DNA of 64,000 nt from Sporopachydermia quercuum (Eukaryota). Position 1 is the first letter of the stretch, and each line of letters opens with the position of its first letter. A program made the position numbers and the translations under genes. The DNA is taken from NCBI GenBank assembly GCA_001599295.1, contig BCGN01000002.1:124001-188000 (forward strand). Direction: 5' to 3'. This document shows, one piece after another, positions 35,620 to 45,146 of the stretch. The notes below the pieces were generated by a model. It was not told the origin of the DNA and ran no database searches. It saw only the letters and a program-made list of their open reading frames with translations.

Positions 35620-35969
35620 AAGGATGGAATGAAGAAAAACTGGGGGAATGAGGAAAACTATACCACAGATGGAACGAAAGACAATGTTGTATTTTAATTT
35701 TATTATAGAAATATATATGTGTTTATTACGATATGCTTACGACGACACATTGATGAATTATTTTATTTTAATGATGAGATATAAATAACGTAGAAGCAAA
35801 GGATGTAAATGTTTCAACGTGTTTACCGTCTAATTTAAATCTAGCTTTCAGTGGCTCTTCAAAATTAATCCTTAAACCATTGGGTGAGTGGAATTTAGAC
35901 TAATACANTTTGAATTAATTGTATAAAACCATTGGTAGTTGAATTGATTCATTTATGATTTCAAAGACG

Positions 35970-36028
35970 TATTTTATTATCAGTTTCAGTACGACTTATT
36001 TTATTATCAGTTTCAGTACGACTTATTT
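35970..36028. repeat. Perfect 27-bp tandem duplication
   Basis: TATTTTATTATCAGTTTCAGTACGACT x2 plus a partial TATTT. Confidence 0.92.
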
Positions 36029-36490
36029 AGAGCTGGTAATATGTGATTTATTCATATGATACTTTAACTGAGAAAGTAGGGAAATCATCTAAACGAATGA
36101 ACTGTTAGGACTAATTGAATAGTAGCATTTGAAACTTTCAAATGATTAGAAGCTCGAAAAGATCATCAGTCGTATGAATGTTATAACTTGTAAAAAAACG
36201 TTCAGGTATAATGGCAAAGTTTTTAACTGTTACTTACAGCGACCTTACGAAAGTTAGAAAAAAACTTCTGCGTGGCACAACTATGTCTGAAACAGATAAT
36301 TAGTTAATATAGTTCCTTAAATGTTCATATGAATATAGGAATGAATTTACGAATGGGATAACAAATATATAACGTTTACGTTAAAAGATGGGATTTCGAA
36401 GCGATGCAGCCTAAACCAAACCATGAAAATACGGATAATATTTTATTCTATTTTCCGGAGTTATATATTTCTTCACTTTATCTTTTCAGA

Positions 36491-37735
36491 CTAAACCGAG
36501 CTAACTTTTTGAATGAGCATTGAGGTTGCAGCACCACCGCCATTACAAATAGCAGCTACACCGTATTCGCCTTCCTTCAATTCATGAATCAAAGAAACAA
36601 GAATTCTAGCACCAGAAGCACCAATTGGATGTCCTAATGCCACAGCACCGCCATTAGCATTAACCCTTTCAGCAACAGAGTCCAACTTGAGTCTTCTCAA
36701 ATTAGCAACACTAACACCGGCAAAAGCTTCATTAATTTCCCACTTTGCAATATCTTGAATTTCTAAACCAGCTTTCTTCAACAACTTAGGAATAGCAATT
36801 GATGGGGCAATCGTGAAATCAACAGGATAAGTTGCAGCATCTTGATATGCAATAACTTTTGCTAGTATGGGGGTACCAGGGTTTGACTTCAAGTATGTTT
36901 CAGAAGCTAAAGTAATGGCAGCTGCTCCATCATTTAATGAACTAGCGTTTGCAGCTGTAACAGTACCATCTTTTTTGAAAACAGGCTTCAAAGTAGGAAT
37001 TTTATCGAATTTGACTGCCTTTGGTTCTTCATCTTCTTCAAATAGTGCTTCTCCCTTTCTTGTCTTGATTTTTACGGGAACAATTTCCTTTTTGAAAACA
37101 CCGTTTTCAATGGATTTTAGAGCTCTTGTATAGGATTCAATAGTGTACTTATCTTGATCTTCTCTGCTAATTCCTTCACGTTCATTAGTGTTCTCACAAC
37201 AGTTACCCATGTGGAAATCATTGTAAACGTCCCAAAGGCCATCTTTAATGATAGAATCAACTGCTTGCTGATGACCAAAAGGTCCTAAACCTCTGGGTAA
37301 GTAATAAGGAGAATTACTCATTGATTCCATACCACCAGCAATTTCTAAATCATGTTCATTCAACTGAATGCTTTGAGCAGCTAAAGCAACTGCTTTTAGA
37401 CCAGATGCACATACTTTATTAATGGCAACAGCTTCTGTTGACTCAGGAAGTCCTGCTTTGATAACAACTTGTCTAGCTGGTGATTGCCCTACATTTCCTT
37501 GTAATACATGGCCGAATATGAGATCAGTGTATTGATCTTTTGGGATTCCTGATCTTTCAATAGCGGCTTCGGCTGCAATACTACCAAGTTCAGTGGCACC
37601 TAAACTCTTTAAACCACCAAAAATCTTACCTATAGGGGTTCTAGCTGCCCCTGTTATATAAACTTGAGTACCTGGAAGTGAGCTGACATACTTAGCTGTT
37701 GATGAGCTGAAAGATCGGATTAGTTGCCTAGACAT
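36491..37735 (-). CDS. Acetyl-CoA C-acetyltransferase (thiolase II), probably mitochondrial
   Basis: NKVCASG, NEAF, GHPIGASG and CNGGG catalytic motifs. The N-terminus MSRQLIRSFSSSTAKY resembles a mitochondrial presequence. Confidence 0.93.
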   Translation of the reverse strand: MSRQLIRSFSSSTAKYVSSLPGTQVYITGAARTPIGKIFGGLKSLGATELGSIAAEAAIERSGIPKDQYTDLIFGHVLQGNVGQSPARQVVIKAGLPESTEAVAINKVCASGLKAVALAAQSIQLNEHDLEIAGGMESMSNSPYYLPRGLGPFGHQQAVDSIIKDGLWDVYNDFHMGNCCENTNEREGISREDQDKYTIESYTRALKSIENGVFKKEIVPVKIKTRKGEALFEEDEEPKAVKFDKIPTLKPVFKKDGTVTAANASSLNDGAAAITLASETYLKSNPGTPILAKVIAYQDAATYPVDFTIAPSIAIPKLLKKAGLEIQDIAKWEINEAFAGVSVANLRRLKLDSVAERVNANGGAVALGHPIGASGARILVSLIHELKEGEYGVAAICNGGGAATSMLIQKVSSV

Positions 37736-38013
37736 CTTGTTATATATAATGATGATTTTTGATGCGTAGAAACGATTATGCTCAGATGATATTTGCTTGG
37801 ATAATAATGTGCCAGTTGTATCAGAGAAAGCAGTTAATGATTATTACAATGAAGAAAAGAAAAATAATATGAGAGAACTATGAATATTTATTGCTTCAGC
37901 AGAATCTGGTCGGATTTGAAATATGAAGTATGGGGAATTTCGGCCTTAAGTATAAATTGGGTTATACCATTTTTAGTGTGGATAAGTCATGTGATGCAGT
38001 GGGGAAGAAACTG

Positions 38014-38019
38014 CCGAGG
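38014..38019. promoter_or_regulatory. CCGAGG/CCTCGG motif (FarA/Ctf1/Por1-type fatty-acid response element) upstream of the thiolase
   Basis: CCGAGG ~280 bp upstream of the thiolase ATG; a second CCTCGG lies at 38586-38591. Confidence 0.35.
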
Positions 38020-38258
38020 AAGTTGAGAAACCAACCGGAAGTATCTAATATGGGACAAAGAGGTAGCTTACGGATGAAGTGAACATGAATTGATAGACAA
38101 ATAGAAGGATGCAGTAGCCAAGATCCTTATGTAACGGTTAGAATCTCGGATGCTATTGTAGTTTATTTGGGTATTTCAGTTTCTTCTTGATGTTATGGCT
38201 TGCTCTGCGAAGGTATAGTTGAAACCGGTCGGCAGAAGATACGATGTGCGACGGATCA

Positions 38259-38267
38259 ATCACGTGA
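38259..38267. promoter_or_regulatory. E-box ATCACGTGA (Cbf1/bHLH-type) in the thiolase / BED-gene divergent promoter
   Basis: RTCACGTG match. Similar sites at 47956-47963 and 57703-57710. Confidence 0.35.
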
Positions 38268-39197
38268 AAGAGTTCTCTCAACATCGGCTTCACTCACAGT
38301 GGTAGCAATACATCGGAAGCGATTGAAATGAAGAAGAAGATCATTTGGTGCCACAACAAGAATCGTGTAGTAATTTTTTTGTTTGAATGTCGGGAGAAAA
38401 GTGATATTCTAGCTAACCCTTTTCCAGATTGATACTCGCACCTGCTGTTTTCTTCTTTTATTATGCATATATCAACTGAAGTGATGAGCCACTACTATAT
38501 AAATTATGTTATTTATACCAGATTCTTCTTTTCAATCCAATAACAAGTTGCCTCCGATTAAGCTTACTGTAATTAGCTGCGAACCCCTCGGTCCCTCCCC
38601 CGGTACCCCTCCTCCATCTATCCAATACGGCAGAACCAAATGTCCCAAGTCCCACTTATTGTTCACTCATCAGTAATTCCAAATATATTATCGTAGTCAA
38701 TAATTATTATCTTTTCCAGTTTTTCTTCTGTTTCGCGTCTGAAATCAAGGGCTACCAAATCAAGTAAGCCAATACCTCAATCAGGTAACACGGCCAGGAA
38801 TAGTTCCAATTCAGTTCTCTCATACATTAACAGAACACCAAACTTTTACCTGTAGGAGATTTTCGATTTTCTCCTTCCTTCACCACATCCTAAATATTAC
38901 AAGTATATTGATCCTAAATTATCAAACCTGATTTTCTAAGTTTAAAAAAAATATTATCACATTCAATAACGCATCAGTAATACTATTTATATTCTGTCGA
39001 TTTTTCATTCCTTTGGATCAAAGATTATCCTGGTTGAGTGAAAAGCTCACAAACACGAGAAAAGAAGAAAAAAGGAAAAACAAGTTATAGTGGGGAACAA
39101 ACACGAACATTTACTCCCTCGAAGAACTGCTTGCCAATCAGATAAGCCACCCGAATCAATACGACTTCATCTGAAAACTGCATCACGAAACCTTCAA

Positions 39198-40721
39198 ATG
39201 TCATATACAAAACCTCAATTTCATTCTTGGGTGTTTCGGTACGCCACGCTAGGTCCTCAGATCACTGAAGGACCAAGACTATCAAAAGCTCGTGGTAAGT
39301 TATATGAAGCAAGATGTGAAATATGTTCTAAAACGTATATCTACGATACAGCTACTGGGCCGACAAATGTTATTGCTCACATGAAACGTAACCATCAATT
39401 ACAACGCGATTCTTCTGCTTCTTTGAATGATATTAGACAAGCAAGTGGGATGGAGCCTGTCAAAGTTGATAACTCTGACGGGTTCTTTCATTTTGTTTTA
39501 ACCCCAAACAGGAAACAGAAAAGCGAAAAAGTAAGAAAGTGGTTGACTATGACGCCTGACGACGAAGGAAGTGATAAATCCAAGCGAAGGAAAACCGTGA
39601 TGGCTTCACCCTTAGCTGGACCTAAACCCAGAAAGGCCAGAGTTAAGAAAACATCATTGGATAGCGGCTCCGAACAAATTACAATTGATCCTATCATCAA
39701 CCACGCCCATATTCCAAATCCAATACCCGTTCCTGGTCCCCAGGTTATTTGCGAACCTATTTCCCAACCTCTAACAGGAAATGTGCAACCAGGAGATCAA
39801 ATAGGGTTAAACGGTTTGAATGACCAATCAGTACACAGCATTGCCAGGGAAACAATTTCACATGCAACCCACCTCGATATTATTGGAAACAGCGAAGGGG
39901 CTCAACCTGAGATCAGTGCAAAAGAGCCATCTGTACAAGAACCAGAACNAGAACAAGCACAGGCCCATGAGCAAGTGTCAGGTTCAGCACCAGAGCCAAC
40001 ACAGGAATCAGCAAAAGAAAGAGTTTTGGAAAACGTGGAAGTGAGTGAAAAGATCTCTGTTATTTCATTTGTTGAAGAAGTGGCTTCTGATGTTAATGAG
40101 GACATTTCAGCAGCAACATCTACACCAACTCCTGATGGAGATAAGGAAACCGAAAGCACATCTGGAAACGGAAATATTTATCAAAAGATCAAAACAGCAA
40201 AGGAAGTTAAATTTGATACTGAAGAGCTGAAAAAATATAATAATGTCGAAGTTGAAGTTATCACGGCAGAAGTGACTGAAGTCTCAGAACAAGATGATTC
40301 ATTAAAGGAAGAGGCTGAAGAAGTATCAGTACAACAAAGTTTTCCACAGGGAGTTCAAATGCCCGAGAAAGATGTTGCGGAAGACGATTCTGAAACTGTA
40401 AGAGAAGCAGAAGACGACTCTAAGTCAGAATCTGATCCCCCCGCGATCAAATCAATCAAATCACCATCTGATAGTTCCAACACTGTAGCTAGAGGAACTC
40501 TCTATAATTACTTGAAACGTTTTGCAAGATCAGAGAAAATATCCATTGAAACATTAACATCAGAATCTTTCTTCGAACTATTGAAATTTGTCAATGACAG
40601 TGCTGTTCTTGAAAACAGTGATTCATTGCGATCAGTCATTGACACTGATAGATTAAAGACAGATTTACGTGATCGGAAATCCAGTAGTTTTTTTGATGCA
40701 TTTGCTAGATTTAGAAGGTAA
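39198..40721 (+). CDS. BED zinc-finger protein, probably derived from a hAT transposase
   Basis: ATG at 39198 (MSYTKPQ). W...ARCEICSKTY...GPTNVIAHMKRNH fits the BED C-x2-C...H-x4-H pattern. Long acidic low-complexity linker, then C-terminal LKRFARSEKISIETLTSESFFELLKFVN. Confidence 0.7.
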   Translation: MSYTKPQFHSWVFRYATLGPQITEGPRLSKARGKLYEARCEICSKTYIYDTATGPTNVIAHMKRNHQLQRDSSASLNDIRQASGMEPVKVDNSDGFFHFVLTPNRKQKSEKVRKWLTMTPDDEGSDKSKRRKTVMASPLAGPKPRKARVKKTSLDSGSEQITIDPIINHAHIPNPIPVPGPQVICEPISQPLTGNVQPGDQIGLNGLNDQSVHSIARETISHATHLDIIGNSEGAQPEISAKEPSVQEPEXEQAQAHEQVSGSAPEPTQESAKERVLENVEVSEKISVISFVEEVASDVNEDISAATSTPTPDGDKETESTSGNGNIYQKIKTAKEVKFDTEELKKYNNVEVEVITAEVTEVSEQDDSLKEEAEEVSVQQSFPQGVQMPEKDVAEDDSETVREAEDDSKSESDPPAIKSIKSPSDSSNTVARGTLYNYLKRFARSEKISIETLTSESFFELLKFVNDSAVLENSDSLRSVIDTDRLKTDLRDRKSSSFFDAFARFRR

Positions 40722-42662
40722 TTTTATCGTAATAGCGAATGGTTAATGTTTGTCTAATATGGGTGAGATGATGATTAAAAGTTGTGTTTGAGATGATGAT
40801 GTCGTAATACTGTATTGTTTATTAGTATATAGTATTGTATAGTATAGTACCATAAAGCATAGTGGAAGTAGTGGAACATGGAATAAAAATGGATATGAAC
40901 AAATTATCATAGATAATAGGATTGATGAATTCATTCTTTGGATGTTTGCAAATGGAGAGGAAATTGAATCTTCATATGGATTCGTTTGATGATAAACATA
41001 TTATACGAAAGCAGTAATAATCAGATAAATAATGTATTAGAATAGATGGTGACTGAGAAGATGGATGATACTCAGGAGCATTTCACTAGATATTAACAAA
41101 CGTCTGAGGAAATGAATTGCTTTGGAACTACGAGAAATGGAAACAACAGGGAACTTTTCTAGTGGATATGTCAAACAGCTTGCACACCTAGACAGCGAAT
41201 CATCAGTTCACTTTCAGTAGTTGAAGGCAGCAATTGGCAACCATAGATGGACTCATTTAGAATTACTTGTGATGAGAAGAAAAGGGAGATCAACCAAGTT
41301 ACAAAGACAGGATTTCTGGTCAAATTTTACTTGAAAGTTCGAATTTTATTGATGATTTTAGTTGTTGATTCATTACGGTAGTAGCGGTAATCCCTTTTTT
41401 TTTGCTTTCCTTTGCTTTCCTATCCTTCTATATAACTTATTAATGAACTCGTTCAATGATTGTAAGTTGGTATTTCAATTGCATAACATATCTGTTCCTA
41501 CATGCTAATGTATTCTTATATCTTACATCTATCATACTACAAAAGCGACAAAGTGTCACATTTCAGCAAAACTTCGGTACCAGTCAGATGATCATTTTCC
41601 AAACTTCTCCTTTATTTACAAAAATATTATCCTCATAAAAACACTCCAGGATACAAAGAAATGTATCATCTGTTTACAAGCATATTAATAGGACTCAATT
41701 ATCTGATCAAATTAACTTGTTAAACAAACGAGCAATAACATCAATCTTGGCTCAGATTGAATCCCCTGATCATTATCCAACCAACAGATCTTCGAAAGAG
41801 CCTTAGATTGTGAAGAAAATAAAAAGAAGCTCCAATCAAATGCTATTGGAGCGAGTGACAAAAAGAAAGAAAAAGCAAGATAAAGAAGAAAAATTTCTGT
41901 TTAAAAATGGAGAAAATAAGGTTTGGCTTTGAGGAGGTGAGAGATAAAAAGCCACTTGTTTTGAGACACAAATCAAAAATAGTGATTACATAATCTTGTG
42001 TATTATAATCTTAACTAGCTAGTGTCCCAAATCAGGTTAGTGATGAGACTAGTAAAACTCTTTCTTGATCTTTTCATTTAAACGTTAAAGTTCAACGCTA
42101 ATAATGCTTAAGGCTACTTAAAGTTAACGTATCATCAGAGTGCATTGTTTTGACAACAAGGAAATGAAATGACACAAGTAATCTAAATTAAATAATAAAT
42201 GCTCTCACAATCATCCTAAATTGTCAGTTTTTATCCTGAAACTCAAGCACTTTATTTATCCTCTTATCTGTTATCACACCTATATTTACACTTTTTGCAT
42301 CACTAATCAGCCTTCAATTGCCCCTCGTTTATAACGTTTTTCTCAGACTAAGCCGTCCTGACTCTATTAAAACCTTATTTGTCGTATATCCAAACCTTAT
42401 TGTATTCTTAAACCTTGTTGCACGCCAAAACATTTCTTTCTTTACTCTTCGTCATTTATTTACACTTTTTGTCATCCCTTTAAGTGGTATTCATCAAGGG
42501 AAAGGAAGTTATATAACAATGTCGTCTTTATAAAACACTTACTTCCTGATTTTCCCCCTTTTTTTTTTACCTCAAGTCATACAATTCTACTGTTTATTCC
42601 GGTTGGTTATGCTGTAAATACACTGTGAACAATGTTCTACAATTCCATGAAACACCATCATC

Positions 42663-44414
42663 ATGAATGGCCCTATAAATGACAATTATAATCAATCAAT
42701 GCTCGATTTCTACCATTACACAGTTTACTCCAACGGAACACTATCAAACCATACCAAATGCTACTTGTCATTCGGTGAATTCCAGCCAATTCTCCATCCC
42801 AATGGAACCGTTACCAATGGTATAAAATGCGACTATGCCTACTATGATGTCTCCGTAAGAGGTATCACTGCTATCACATGGAGTTGTCTTATGCTTGCTT
42901 CTCTCTGTTTTACAATGTTCAACCTCAGAAAACACGGAATGGAGTTCGTAAATCGGGTTAAAAATTTTCATTATCGATCCCGAAGATTCCAATGGTATTG
43001 GCTCATCATAATGCAACTATTTGCTGCCATTGCTGGCTTGTGCTCTGTTGATTATGATAGAGCTTATATTCAAGGCCAAGCGTCTCAGTTGGCTTCTGTT
43101 TTCTACTCGTTTGTTTTCGTTTTTGCCCAGCCTGTTTTGTGGGAATTAACTAGACATTGGGGCTCTTTCGAAGAAAGGAAACTATACGAAGATGACACCT
43201 ATAGGTTTGATAAATTACAGCTTAGAGCCTATATTCACATTCTAACCCCGATTTTCTATTATCTCTTCCTATTTCTCGTGTTTGCTCTAACTATAATTCG
43301 TAGCTGGACTAAACTTTACGCTTACGGCATGACGACTACTAAATTTCTAGACCGCAGATGGGAAGCTGGGATTTACTTTTCAATTCTGCTAATGGCGATT
43401 GTTTGCTTCCAGATTTGGTTTATCCGCCATCACTATGATAAACCCGGTATTCCAGTTATTATAATAATTGTTATGGTGATTGAAATGATAATGATTGCGT
43501 ACAATATAGTGGCAATGTATGATGATCGCTTTAATGCTTTGAATAACGATGCCAATGTTGTGTTTGTTGCGTGTATGGCATATTTGCCTAGTTTGCTGCT
43601 AGTAACTGCTATGAATGTTTCTGGGCTATTAAGAGAAAATGAGGATCGGATACTTATGCGATTAAGGTTTCTACGGAATAAAAAGCTTATGTCGGAGATA
43701 TATGTTAGTATGAAGCGCGCGGGCACCCTTCCAGTTAAGCCGAAGCCCTATGAAGTTGATCCGAAGTATCCCAAGCCGATATTAGAAGAATCGGAGGAAT
43801 CGGAAGGTAACTATAGTGGGACAGTCATTAAGGTTGGACACAAGGTTAAGGCTGAGATTGAGGCGGAGAATATAGGAAACAATGAAATAAAAGAAGCGCC
43901 AACTGAAACAGATACCGAGGTTTCGGGTACTTTAGTGGAAACCCTTTCCGAGAAAGAAAAAGAAGAGGAAGATGCCGCCGTAGAAGAGTTGCGAACCAAA
44001 TATGAAAACCTTCTACATCCGAAATCGGTTTTCTTCGGCTTGTTCAGGCTTTTCTATTCGGGGACTAATAACATTAACTCTCCGTTCCGGAATAATAAAC
44101 GGTATATTCCCAGACTTAAAAGCGGGAGGAATAAATTGCTTATTACCGAAGATGGAATAAAAGGTTCAAAGTATTCTAGTTCAACTCGGAGAAACTCCTT
44201 TAGAAATAAGGTCGGTACAAGGAATGTCGGCTCTTTTGTTCTTTTACCATGGCGGAAGCGGAGCGGCAACTCGCAGCATGATTTTGTACTGGACGAGTTT
44301 GATTTGGATGAAATGGAACTAAATATCGGAAACCATAACAAAAGTGAGAGCGGAAATGAAAAGGCATCACTGCCTAGTTACAATAAAGTGGTTCCAATAA
44401 CGGAAGAGGTTTGA
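42663..44414 (+). CDS. DUF2434-family fungal multi-pass membrane protein
   Basis: YTVYSNGTLSN..CYLSF, NGT..NG..C, NLRKHG, RRFQWYW and WELTRHWGSFEER motifs; multiple TM segments. Confidence 0.8.
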   Translation: MNGPINDNYNQSMLDFYHYTVYSNGTLSNHTKCYLSFGEFQPILHPNGTVTNGIKCDYAYYDVSVRGITAITWSCLMLASLCFTMFNLRKHGMEFVNRVKNFHYRSRRFQWYWLIIMQLFAAIAGLCSVDYDRAYIQGQASQLASVFYSFVFVFAQPVLWELTRHWGSFEERKLYEDDTYRFDKLQLRAYIHILTPIFYYLFLFLVFALTIIRSWTKLYAYGMTTTKFLDRRWEAGIYFSILLMAIVCFQIWFIRHHYDKPGIPVIIIIVMVIEMIMIAYNIVAMYDDRFNALNNDANVVFVACMAYLPSLLLVTAMNVSGLLRENEDRILMRLRFLRNKKLMSEIYVSMKRAGTLPVKPKPYEVDPKYPKPILEESEESEGNYSGTVIKVGHKVKAEIEAENIGNNEIKEAPTETDTEVSGTLVETLSEKEKEEEDAAVEELRTKYENLLHPKSVFFGLFRLFYSGTNNINSPFRNNKRYIPRLKSGRNKLLITEDGIKGSKYSSSTRRNSFRNKVGTRNVGSFVLLPWRKRSGNSQHDFVLDEFDLDEMELNIGNHNKSESGNEKASLPSYNKVVPITEEV

Positions 44415-45146
44415 TTAATAGCGAAGTATAGTAAAGAAGGTAATATAATAATTTGCTTCATTATAACAGAACGGGAAACGGTGCATATTTGTTTGTAGTA
44501 CTAAAATAAGGTTAAAGCTATGCAGGACTTTGGACTGAAAATGGAAATAATCCTAGGCTGGAGTAAGCCGTACTGATCTTCGTTCTCTTTAATTATATCC
44601 GATATTAAACTTTACTTCCCATAGGAGTTTTCCTCAACGTCAATACTGTCACTGAATGATCTCGGAACATAAGAGTTTCGGTTAAATTTCCAAATTGGGT
44701 CTAGTACCGATCTCACAATACCAAAGCCATAATTTAATATTGAACCATTTATTTGATTTATATACCAATTATTTATGCTAATGAATGACCAAAACAGGTC
44801 CAATTTGGACCTTATGCGAAATATACATTTCTGAATGAGGTGATAACTTCGGAACTAAAATATCACATACAACACTGGCTTTTCGATTATTTCTGTTAAG
44901 TACTAAATGTTTTCTACCTCTTTTGTCTGTATGCAACTATGCATTTTGTTGAGTTTGTATGGAAAGAGGAGTAAATATACGATCGTCTAATCATTAATTA
45001 TCTCAATTCGGAGATGGTAGAACCATTATGAATTCCGGTATGTGCTTTCCAAAAGATTTCTANTATTATTTCCGCTTTCCTCCGGTGTTATCTAAAGTTT
45101 ACCTTACCTCTGATGTTATCCTATATTCTTTATTTTTCCGCTTTTA

